From Arcanobacterium sp. (GTDB taxonomy: Bacteria; Actinomycetota; Actinomycetes; Actinomycetales; Actinomycetaceae), in NCBI GenBank assembly GCA_022783665.1, contig JALFZJ010000052.1, positions 1,539-65,538 on the forward strand: a stretch of DNA of 64,000 bases. The letters are read 5' to 3'. Both the position numbers and the translations under genes were made by a program. The notes under the pieces are model-generated. The model had not been told where the DNA came from and made no database searches. It saw nothing but the letters and a program-made list of their open reading frames with translations. This document shows, piece by piece, positions 18,921 through 27,570 of this stretch. Within the stretch, counting starts at the first letter, position 1; every line of letters starts with the position of its first letter.

Positions 18921-19161
18921 GAACCCACTCCAATGAGATATTTGCTCGCACCCGGGCAGCTAGGCGCGTTGAGCCATTGCTGCGGCGATGTGCGCGTGGC
19001 ATGGAGCGCCACGCGCACTTATCCTATCGCATATCGAGCCACGCCTGCCCGAAAAGCAATCTGCCGCCACATAGTCTTTGCCCCTTCCCGGCTGTTTTGC
19101 AGGTGCTCACGCGCGGTGGGTGCTCACGCGCGTGCCATTCGCGCCAGGCTCCAGAATCCGA

Positions 19162-20031
19162 TCACAAGCTCCAATGTCTCGTGAGCTCGTGGCGAGTAAT
19201 CCACCAATAGATGCCAATCACGAGCAGCTCGCCAATCAACCATCCAAACGGTATCGCATTCTCAAAGGAGAGAGTGCCCCACGGGAATGCGGATATCTCA
19301 ACGTCACTAATGAGAGACCGCGCTCCGGTAAATAGAACCTGCAACGGCACGGCGAAGAAGGCAAGGATCACCATCACATTGCGTATGAGCCATCCAAGAA
19401 CGACGGCCACAATGATGCCACCAGCTCGCCCGAGGCGTGAGAAGCGCTCGCTGTACGCCGTCGTCACAATAAACACCCCTTCGCACACATACTGAAGGAG
19501 CACAATCGCGCCAATCACCACACCAAGGCCGACCCCAAGCGGCGCCTCACGCAATACATCCGCGATCGCAGAGAGGCTTGCCAGCTCCGGCACGGCAGAC
19601 GCAGACATGGAGCGTGCTTGTACCTCAATAGTGCCCATCGCTGTGCCAAGCACAGCTCCGAGAATGCTAACAGCCAGCGCCAGCCACGCCCACAGAACTT
19701 TCACTGCGAGGTGCTTACCCGCTACCACTGGGGTGCTCACCGTAAAATGTGCATATTGCCCGTGCATGGAACGGTAGTAGCTCAACAGCACAAGTACAGC
19801 CACGATAACGACGCTCACAAGCTGCACAATAACCGCTGCCACATGGGCAGTGTTGATGATGGCGGTGCCAACAGAATTCTCGATCTCAGGGATCAAGCCA
19901 AGTAGTACGTGCAGCACGCTCAGTGCATACTGCAAAGCAATGATACCCCAGACCCCGCGGCCGTTCAGCCTCCATTCGTGGCGCCACAGCGTTGCGAAAG
20001 ACGCGCGAGAGTGCGAAATATTCCTACCCAT
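19162..20031 (-). CDS. membrane protein, putative permease partner of the upstream ABC ATPase
   Basis: ATG 20031 lies 10 nt after the ATPase stop and follows AAGGGGA. About 6 TM helices. The longer ORF to 20172 overlaps the ATPase gene. Confidence 0.5.
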   Translation of the reverse strand: MGRNISHSRASFATLWRHEWRLNGRGVWGIIALQYALSVLHVLLGLIPEIENSVGTAIINTAHVAAVIVQLVSVVIVAVLVLLSYYRSMHGQYAHFTVSTPVVAGKHLAVKVLWAWLALAVSILGAVLGTAMGTIEVQARSMSASAVPELASLSAIADVLREAPLGVGLGVVIGAIVLLQYVCEGVFIVTTAYSERFSRLGRAGGIIVAVVLGWLIRNVMVILAFFAVPLQVLFTGARSLISDVEISAFPWGTLSFENAIPFGWLIGELLVIGIYWWITRHELTRHWSL

Positions 20032-20041
20032 TGTTTTCCCC

Positions 20042-20755
20042 TTACCGGTACATCGTCCTAAACATCGCATCGAGACTTTGCCCATGCTCGGCACGCAAGG
20101 CGTCGGCGTCTCCAGATAGAATGACTTTCCCTTCATGCATGAAGAGTGCGTGGCTGATGATTGGCTCCACATCGTGGATAAGGTGAGTGGAGATAATCAT
20201 GGTGGAGTCTTCGGGAAGGTCTGCGAGGATGCCTCCAAGGATTTGATCACGCGCTGCTGGATCTACTCCAGAGAGCGGCTCATCAAGCAAATAGAAGCGC
20301 GCCCTACGTGCCATGGCCATTGCAATATGCATCTTTTCACGCTGCCCTTTCGACAGCGTTGTGCCAGCGCGATCGCTTGGCACAGCGAAGCGCTTCATTT
20401 TTTCGAGTGCTAGATCGTAGTCGAAATCATCGAAAAACTCGCCATACATGTGCGCCACTTGTAGGCCAGTAAGATTAGGCGGTAGCGCGGAGGTATCTGG
20501 GAGGTAGCTCGTGTAGGCTTTCGTTTCTACGCCTACCGCTGTGCCACCAAGGCGTATCGAGCCCGCATAGTTGGCGAGTGCACCAGCGAGAATCTTGAGT
20601 AAAGTGGTTTTTCCTGAGCCGTTCTCACCCATCAAGCCAACGATCTGGCCTGAGGGGATGTGCAGCTCTACGCTATCGAGAGCGCGCACGTATTTTGGCG
20701 ACCCAGGCTTACCGTACTCTTTGGTAAGCCCGCTAATCTGTATATCGTTAGTCAT
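20042..20755 (-). CDS. ABC transporter ATP-binding protein
   Basis: Walker A GENGSGKTT, signature LSKGQREK and Walker B FYLLDEP. Confidence 0.85.
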   Translation of the reverse strand: MTNDIQISGLTKEYGKPGSPKYVRALDSVELHIPSGQIVGLMGENGSGKTTLLKILAGALANYAGSIRLGGTAVGVETKAYTSYLPDTSALPPNLTGLQVAHMYGEFFDDFDYDLALEKMKRFAVPSDRAGTTLSKGQREKMHIAMAMARRARFYLLDEPLSGVDPAARDQILGGILADLPEDSTMIISTHLIHDVEPIISHALFMHEGKVILSGDADALRAEHGQSLDAMFRTMYR

Positions 20756-20880
20756 CTTCTTTCTCTTTCGTGCTGGTTGGGCGTTTCATCATTTCCCTTA
20801 TGTTGTGTGGCTTGCTGTGTTGTGTGGCTTGCTGTGTTGCTCGTTTTCTGCGCTGTATCGTTTGCGCCTTGCGCGGCCTG

Positions 20881-21267
20881 CTAGGTGGGATCGTTTGCGG
20901 CTTGCGCTTGCTCATCAAATAACTCGATCGCCCTATCGCGCGCGATGTTGAGAGCTCGCATCGCTTCGGCATACCGCGCCGCATGAGAACGCGCTATTGC
21001 ATTGCTCGTCTGGGCGATGAGCTTCTCGTCGGTTGTAACAAAGCGCCCTGAAGTGCTTTTAGCATCGAGCAGACCGCGTTGATCAAGAGACGTGAGAGCC
21101 TTTTGTACCGTGTTCGGATTGACGCCGAATTTCACGGCAAGAGTGCGCACGCTCGGCACTTTAGCTCCAGGAGCCCACTCACTCACGGCGATGAGCCGCT
21201 CAAACTCTTCAACGAGCTGTTCGCCGATGGGGCGATCCGCATTGAGTCTGACATCCAGTGGTACCAC
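20881..21267 (-). CDS. GntR-family transcriptional regulator, short YtrA-like subtype
   Basis: wHTH block KVPSVRTLAVKFGVNPNTVQKALTSL. Only 128 aa. Heads the ABC operon. Confidence 0.8.
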   Translation of the reverse strand: MVPLDVRLNADRPIGEQLVEEFERLIAVSEWAPGAKVPSVRTLAVKFGVNPNTVQKALTSLDQRGLLDAKSTSGRFVTTDEKLIAQTSNAIARSHAARYAEAMRALNIARDRAIELFDEQAQAANDPT

Positions 21268-21377
21268 GTTTGCTCGACCTCCCTACTCCTCCAGGCGTGA
21301 TCCAGACGTGATTCATGTGTGATTCGGGCGAGAATCGGTTGCGAATCCGCTGAAGCGCACGTCAAAACCAAACCATC

Positions 21378-21389
21378 TGTACTAGTACA
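21378..21389. promoter_or_regulatory. perfect 12-bp palindrome TGTACTAGTACA, candidate GntR/YtrA operator
   Basis: Lies about 110 nt upstream of the gntR start. A GT..AC-type palindrome is typical of GntR operators. A nearby ACAC-AGA-GTGT inverted repeat sits at 21393-21403. Confidence 0.35.
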
Positions 21390-21637
21390 ATAACACAGAG
21401 TGTATTATCGGCGCAATACAGTTATGGCTACAGTTTTAGTAGAGTAACCCGTTTGGCACAAGCAAACCCGTTTGTTGCAAGTATCCCGTTCCACCCACGT
21501 AGAGGCGTTCAAGAGAACTAAAGGCACGAGTATGGAGTGAGAAATCGGCAGATACGCTCGACGCATTCGAGGCGGCTGCTCAGAGGACAACACTCAAGAT
21601 CAGAGTCCGTATTGAAGGCAGACGAGAGAGCCCATCG

Positions 21638-22165
21638 TCACGCTACATGCTCAGCCTTATCAGACTTACACACCTCGTACACGAGCGTTTCGATTCCGCT
21701 CGAAGAATCAATGTAGCGATTAGCCAACTCCATACCAATCGAACGTGCCGTCGCAGCAGAGGCCACATGCGCGGCAGGCATATAACTAAAGAGCCGGCGA
21801 AAAGGAGTAACGCGGAATGCCCAGTCACGTACAGCGCTGGCGGCTTCACGAGCATACCCATTACGCTGCATATCACCTCTCATGTGGTAGCCGATTTCAG
21901 GAAGAATCACTCCGTTAATGTTCTGCATGGTGAGGCCACAATCGCCAATCAGTTCACCGCCGTCTTTCATGCATACCGCCCAGAGGCCAAAGCCAAACGT
22001 GCTGTAACGCTCAATGTTCGACGTGATCCATGCGCGGATCCGGGCGTCGTCGAACACGTACGGATAAAAGCGCATGTTGTGCCGATCGCCCAGCACGCGG
22101 CGCAACGCGGCAAAATCGCCGTCTTCCATTTCGCGCAAAATCAACCGCGGGGTCTCGATCACCAT
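21638..22165 (-). CDS. GNAT N-acetyltransferase (RimJ/RimL-like)
   Basis: TPRLILREM start, and QRNGYAREAASAVRDWAF acetyl-CoA-binding region. Confidence 0.8.
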   Translation of the reverse strand: MVIETPRLILREMEDGDFAALRRVLGDRHNMRFYPYVFDDARIRAWITSNIERYSTFGFGLWAVCMKDGGELIGDCGLTMQNINGVILPEIGYHMRGDMQRNGYAREAASAVRDWAFRVTPFRRLFSYMPAAHVASAATARSIGMELANRYIDSSSGIETLVYEVCKSDKAEHVA

Positions 22166-22363
22166 ACGCCGATGATACCCTTACGGCGTCTGATGGGCGG
22201 AACTTAACCATACAAGCATAAGCCCACATTCTGATACATCAATCTACGGAGAACACCCGCAAACAGGGTAGGTTTCCGATACGCTGGTAGGTGCCTATAG
22301 CGTGCGCCAGCCTCAACGTAGTGGCTCGGCGCTCGATGTTGGCCGCTTCCTGGAAGGATTCTT

Positions 22364-25309
22364 GTGTATAAACTTAAAACTCTCGCAGGCATCGCAGCAC
22401 TAGCGATGGCAAGCTCCACCCTAGCAGCGCTACCTGCTTATTCCGCGCCAGACGGCTCGAACGTCGTCATCAATGAGGTGTATGTGCGCGGCGGCAGCAA
22501 AGATGGCGTGTATCGGGATTATGTGGAGCTCTACAACCCCACATCCGAGGTGATTTCACTTGATGGGATGTCGCTGCAATACTTTTCTGCGTCAGGAACG
22601 AATGGCAAGGGTACCACGCCACTATCAGGCACGATAGCCCCGAATTCGTACTATCTTGTGCTGGGGGCCGACGTTACACACACAACCGAACTTCAGGCCG
22701 ACGCCATAGGCGGTATCAACGCCTCGGGTTCAAAAGGTACGCTGATTCTTTTTGCGTCTACAGACACCCAGACGATCACGGCTGGCGATCAGAGCGCCAA
22801 CACACTTGCGATCGACACCTTCGGATGGGGTTCCTCGGCTTCGTTTGAGACTGCTCCAGACGATGGTGCAACCTTCGGTGAACAGTCATACTCCAGAGTT
22901 CAACCAGGCGTAGACACTAACAACAATTCCGCTGATTTCGTTGTTGGGGCGCCCTCCCCGCAAGCCTCGCAAGCCGGCGGTACGACTGCGAGTGATCCTA
23001 ATCCAGGCACCGAAACACCTAGCGATCCAGCCGAAGACACACCTGCTACGCAGCTACTTACGATCGCCGAGATTCAGGGTACGGGTAGTGAAACCCCTTA
23101 CAACGGGCAGACCGTCACAACGCGAGGAATCGTCACCGCCGTCTATCCTTCGGGAGGTTTTGGGGGTGCATATATTCAGACCCCTGGGACAGGTGGTGAT
23201 CAAAGCGGCACGGATTCTGATGGCATCTTCGTCTTCTCGCTGGACGTCGCGGGGTTAGCGAAAGGCACGTACGTTGAGGTGGAAGGCGAAGCTACCGAGT
23301 ATTTCGGCCTCACTCAAGTGAAGGCTTCTCGCGTGAGCGTTTTAGAGAAGACGGCGGAGGTTCGCGATCCTGCGCCGGTTGTTCTCGACGCGGTGCCAAC
23401 CGATGAGGCGGCTCGCGAGGCACTCGAAGGCATGCTCATTGATGTAACTGGCACCTATACGGTGACGAACAATTACGACACCAATACGTACGGCCAAGTA
23501 GAGCTCGTGTATGGCAATGAGCCTCTGCGCCAACCGTCGGATGTATTCAACCCAAACGAGGATCTAGCCAAGATTCGCGCTCTCAATGAGGCGAACACGA
23601 CGCAGGTTATTACGCTTGACGATGGCATCTCATACAACTATACGAGCACTAAAGATCCCACAAATCAGTTGATTCCGCTCGCGTGGCTAAGCGTCGATGA
23701 TCCGCTGCGAGTTGGTTCTCAGATGACCTTTAAGCAGCCGATGATCCTCGATTACCGGCACCAATGGAATATCCAGCCCACAGAACCCGTGAACGTAGCA
23801 GGCGCGAATGATCCCGCACACTACATCGACAATTCCGATAAGTGGATAGAGATTTCAGGCAATGAACGCCCGGCTGCACCTGCAGACTTGGGAGGGGACG
23901 TCACCGTGTCGTCCTTCAACGTGCTCAACTACTTCACTGCGCTTGGTGTTGATGAGGAGGGATGCCGGGCGTATGTGGATCGCGATGGAGACGGCGTCAC
24001 AGCTAATGGCTGCGATGTGCGCGGCGCATACGGCTCAGATGACCTTGCGCGCCAGCAGGCCAAGATCGTGGCAGCGATTAATGCGCTGGATTCTTCCGTA
24101 GTGGGTTTAGAAGAGATTGAGAATTCTGCTCAATATGGCCGCGATCGTGATGCAGCACTTGCCACGCTCGTGGATGCACTTAATGATGACGCCGGTTTTG
24201 CCAAGTGGGCGTTCGTGCCGACGCCAAGTGGCGAGGGAACCGTGCCTACAGATGAGGACGTGATTCGCCTAGCATTCATCTACCAGAAAGCGGAAGTTGC
24301 AGCGGTTGGCCCATCGATGATTCTTACAGGCAATGAGTACTTCACGGGTTTGGCTCGCGAGCCTCTCGCTCAGCGTTTCACGGCGATAGACGGCGATGGG
24401 CAGCCGGTTGGTACCGAGTTCGTCGCGGTGGTGAATCACTTCAAGTCGAAAGGCTCACTCTCCACGAAGTTTGCCGAGGATACGGATCCATACCAAGGCA
24501 ACAACAACCAGTTGCGCGTTGCACAGGCAACTGCGCTTGCAGATTGGATCGCCGTAGAGTTTGCCCGCGATCCGGTGGTGATCCTCGGGGATCTCAATTC
24601 ATACTCCGCAGAGGATCCAATTCGGGCTCTTGAGAATAGAGGGTTTACGAACATTGCTACGAACAAGGGCGTAACGAACCATTCGTACCAGTATGCCGGT
24701 CTCGTAGGCTCGCTTGACCATGCTCTTGGCAACGCGGCCGCGATGGCTCTCGTGACTGGTGCGGACGTGTGGAATGTGAACGCTATGGAGCCGATTGCCT
24801 TTGAGTACTCGCGATACAACTACAACGTGAAAGTGAACGATCTGTTCGATATGACGCCGTATCGTTCATCCGATCACGATCCGATCAAGGTGGGGCTCAA
24901 TGTGGTGCCTGATGCAGTGGTTGATTCTGGCGAGGTGGTTGATCCTGCTGAACCGGGTACCACACTGGTTGAAGAGCCTGGATCAGATCACGGCTCTACG
25001 CTGGGAACTGACGAACAGCCTGGCGAGGCGCAGCAGCCTGGTGGCAATGGACAACCCGGGACTTATTCTGGTACTGACGGAAATTCGGGCTCGACGGCAA
25101 ACCCTAGTGGCAAGGAGAACTCATCTGCCGGCTCACGTGTAGGAAAGGGGACTGCCTCGGGCTCTGCCGCATCAGGAGCGCATAGTTCAAGCAGCTCAAC
25201 ACACCTTGCGCGCACCGGCACCTCCGCAGCCCCGCTGACGGTTCTTATGCTGGTTTTGTTGGCGCTCGGCGCAGCTATGGCAGCACCGCGCCGGACATAC
25301 CGCGCGTAG
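22364..25309 (+). CDS. cell-wall-anchored extracellular nuclease, ExeM/NucH type (lamin-tail domain + endonuclease/exonuclease/phosphatase domain)
   Basis: Signal peptide ending AYSA. LTD-like VVINEVYVRGG...VELYNP. EEP motifs VSSFNVLNYF and SSDHDP. C-terminal LARTG, then a hydrophobic helix, then RRTYRA. Confidence 0.75.
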   Translation: MYKLKTLAGIAALAMASSTLAALPAYSAPDGSNVVINEVYVRGGSKDGVYRDYVELYNPTSEVISLDGMSLQYFSASGTNGKGTTPLSGTIAPNSYYLVLGADVTHTTELQADAIGGINASGSKGTLILFASTDTQTITAGDQSANTLAIDTFGWGSSASFETAPDDGATFGEQSYSRVQPGVDTNNNSADFVVGAPSPQASQAGGTTASDPNPGTETPSDPAEDTPATQLLTIAEIQGTGSETPYNGQTVTTRGIVTAVYPSGGFGGAYIQTPGTGGDQSGTDSDGIFVFSLDVAGLAKGTYVEVEGEATEYFGLTQVKASRVSVLEKTAEVRDPAPVVLDAVPTDEAAREALEGMLIDVTGTYTVTNNYDTNTYGQVELVYGNEPLRQPSDVFNPNEDLAKIRALNEANTTQVITLDDGISYNYTSTKDPTNQLIPLAWLSVDDPLRVGSQMTFKQPMILDYRHQWNIQPTEPVNVAGANDPAHYIDNSDKWIEISGNERPAAPADLGGDVTVSSFNVLNYFTALGVDEEGCRAYVDRDGDGVTANGCDVRGAYGSDDLARQQAKIVAAINALDSSVVGLEEIENSAQYGRDRDAALATLVDALNDDAGFAKWAFVPTPSGEGTVPTDEDVIRLAFIYQKAEVAAVGPSMILTGNEYFTGLAREPLAQRFTAIDGDGQPVGTEFVAVVNHFKSKGSLSTKFAEDTDPYQGNNNQLRVAQATALADWIAVEFARDPVVILGDLNSYSAEDPIRALENRGFTNIATNKGVTNHSYQYAGLVGSLDHALGNAAAMALVTGADVWNVNAMEPIAFEYSRYNYNVKVNDLFDMTPYRSSDHDPIKVGLNVVPDAVVDSGEVVDPAEPGTTLVEEPGSDHGSTLGTDEQPGEAQQPGGNGQPGTYSGTDGNSGSTANPSGKENSSAGSRVGKGTASGSAASGAHSSSSSTHLARTGTSAAPLTVLMLVLLALGAAMAAPRRTYRA

Positions 25310-25701
25310 ACTAACCAGCCCATGTGTGGCCTTTAGCTGCCGCGATACCCGGACATCGTGCACGCAACGTGCAGGCGTTGAATACACAACCCGCAGATTT
25401 GAAACGTATAACTCCCGGGCATTAACCGCCGTAACACGCGGCTGAAAGCCACCATTCCATACGGGAATCAACTGCGTGTCGGGCGGACGTTGGCCAGCAA
25501 CCAGGGCTCTCTCGCTACCGTTCAATTATAGTGAGAGAGCCCTGACACCCTTTCACGCCGAAATCAGACACCGCTAAACAATGTTGAAAACAGGGGCAAA
25601 CGAGTCGCTTGGCGAGTCGAAGTGGCCTCTGCGATTGGTTGATAGGATTCGCGGGTGGGCATCTCACACGTTCAGGGTTACCATTCGACGGACACGACTC
25701 T

Positions 25702-26160
25702 TTACAAAGCGTTTGTTACCGGTTGAGCTAGAGTCTTGAGGTCGTCCCACGTGTCGGCTTTGGCGGTGTCGTCTTCGTAGGCGATGAGATAACCTCATGT
25801 TTTCCCGACATAATCTGGGTGTGCTACGAGTTTACGCACGAGAGCCTCAGCGGCTTTGCGTTTGGCCTGCACGGTATCGTTCAGTCGGCCGCGTTCATCC
25901 TTGCCTTCGATAATCCAGTGCACACCATCACTGTCTAGCGTCACGAAATCGGGATAATACTTGTCGCGCGGAGTGTAGTAGATGAACGCTTGATCTTGGA
26001 TGTGTAGCCGGTGCCACCACACAACGCTTGACGAAGTGCTAGCAGCCTGGCGAGCTTATACTCGCCTGTGGATGAATCGTAGCTTTCGGCAAGATAAAGG
26101 CACTTGTGCGGTTCTGCGTAGGTGCGGCCACGCACGAAGCCCTTACTGGCATTGGAGTGC
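25702..26160 (-). pseudogene. C-terminal remnant of a restriction-enzyme / helicase-associated endonuclease domain
   Basis: YYTPRDKYYPDFVTLDSDGVHWIIEGKDE is a PD-(D/E)XK-like core. A frameshift lies between ...EYKLARLL and VVWWHRLH. An in-frame TGA follows ...YVGKT, with homology-like sequence continuing as GYLIAYEDD. No N-terminal part is present. Confidence 0.45.
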
Positions 26161-26161
26161 C

Positions 26162-26380
26162 CTAGGTTTTTAGGTTCAGGTGACTTGAGTGTTGTCCGGT
26201 TGCTTCTAGGCCGAGTTCGTCAAGGCAGCAAAAGGTGGTCAGGCCTGGTGCGGTGACGGTAGTCTGTGGCATGTCGAGGTCTTCTGGATGAGACGTGTAG
26301 GAACTTCCATTTCCACGGAAACCTCGACTTTTTCATGCCTATCAACACGCCACCGTGTACACCCTCAATTGAAAAGAGCC
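26162..26380 (-). mobile_element. ISL3-family insertion sequence end remnant (terminal inverted repeat plus first about 36 codons of the transposase)
   Basis: The minus strand reads GGCTCTTTTCAATTGAGGGTGTACAC from 26380, an ISL3-type IR. The ORF from 26272, MPQTTVTAPGLTTFCCLDELGLEATGQ, resembles ISL3 transposase N-termini and is cut off at about 26165. Confidence 0.5.
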
Positions 26381-26419
26381 CCGAAACCTCACCATTGATG
26401 ACGTGATACCTGTTGGAAT

Positions 26420-26902
26420 TTAGAGCAGTGTGACTTGTCCGTCGCTAGCGTGGTGTTTGACGAATAGGCCGTTACGCCCAGCGAGCAGATTCACGGCATG
26501 CAGGAAATCGCCGCTCGCATTGTAGAGCGTGACCCTGAGAGCTCCATCAATGCTTAATAGCACATCGTGCTTGGCGAAAAAGATCTGCACCGAGGAAAGC
26601 TCATGCACCACAACGTCACGAATAATCTCAGCAAGCCGCTCATACGGTACGTGGCGAAGATTCACGTTTGGTTCAAGCTCTGGGTGTAGCTCGAAGAATG
26701 CTTCACTCTCGGTAAGGCATATTGTCTCCGCCTCGTATTCGGCCACAAGCGTTAAAGCAATGAAACAGATTCGATCAGCGAAGATCTTCACGTAGTCGCC
26801 GGTTTCTAGGAAGCGTTCGTATTCGAGGAAATCAGCGCCTTGCGGCTGAAACGGGATGAAATCCAGAACGTGCCACGAATCAGCCCCACTGAGCACGTTC
26901 AT
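26420..26902 (-). CDS. hypothetical acidic cytoplasmic protein (160 aa)
   Basis: Intact ORF. ATG 26902 lies 16 nt after the stop of the upstream membrane-protein gene. No family recognised. Confidence 0.5.
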   Translation of the reverse strand: MNVLSGADSWHVLDFIPFQPQGADFLEYERFLETGDYVKIFADRICFIALTLVAEYEAETICLTESEAFFELHPELEPNVNLRHVPYERLAEIIRDVVVHELSSVQIFFAKHDVLLSIDGALRVTLYNASGDFLHAVNLLAGRNGLFVKHHASDGQVTLL

Positions 26903-26918
26903 GCGCTCTAATTTGTCA

Positions 26919-27332
26919 CTACTTATCACTGGATTCCTCACTCGCAGGCTTGGGTGCGGATGGGTGGCGTTTGTAGAAATATCCCGACACGATGAAAAAC
27001 ACGACGAACACAAGAATAAGGCGCCAAATCCTCATGCCCCACGTGTCGTTGGTGATGTGTTCTTGCATAGTTAAGAACGCACAACCAATCAGCACGGATA
27101 TCGCTAAATCAACGAGATACACCCACGGGGCACTCACGCCCGCTACTTTCTTTCCGGCGAATACACATCCTGCGGCGAGCACAACAAAAGCCACCAGCAC
27201 TGACCACATGGGCAAGGCAGGCTGATTCAGGGCTGCGAACGTACCAATAGCCGTGGCGAGGCCGCCGACAATGAAAATCACCATGGTCGCCACTTTAGAA
27301 AACACACTGCGCTGATCACTTAACTGTTTCAT
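26919..27332 (-). CDS. hypothetical small membrane protein (137 aa, 4 TM)
   Basis: Four hydrophobic helices. Co-oriented and near-contiguous with 26420-26902. Confidence 0.5.
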   Translation of the reverse strand: MKQLSDQRSVFSKVATMVIFIVGGLATAIGTFAALNQPALPMWSVLVAFVVLAAGCVFAGKKVAGVSAPWVYLVDLAISVLIGCAFLTMQEHITNDTWGMRIWRLILVFVVFFIVSGYFYKRHPSAPKPASEESSDK

Positions 27333-27384
27333 CGCCTTTCATTCTCCCATATCCACACCCGTTATCTGAAAGGAGTCTTTTGCC

Positions 27385-27570
27385 ATGGCTGAGGGTTTTG
27401 GTTTGAAGATTGCCTTGGAGGGTGAGCGGGAGTTTAAGGCCGCGCTGCGTGATATCAACGCCTCGTTTAAGGTGCTCGGCAGCGAGATGAAACTGGTGGA
27501 TTCCCAATTCGCTAAGAATGACAACTCGACGGAGAAGCTCACGGCACGTAACCAGGTGTTGGGGCGTGAA
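27385..27570 (+). pseudogene. N-terminal fragment resembling a phage tail tape-measure protein
   Basis: AAAGGAG RBS. MAEGFGLKIALEGEREFKAALRDINASFKVLGSEMKLVDSQF matches the usual tape-measure N-terminal pattern as I recall it. Similarity stops near 27570, where a recombinase-like frame takes over. Confidence 0.4.

Noticed and set aside
25196-25525. 109-aa minus-strand ORF after the nuclease gene
   Set aside because: It overlaps the nuclease 3' end in antisense and has no recognisable family. It may contain a remnant (..PDTQLIPVWNGGF..), but I cannot support a call.
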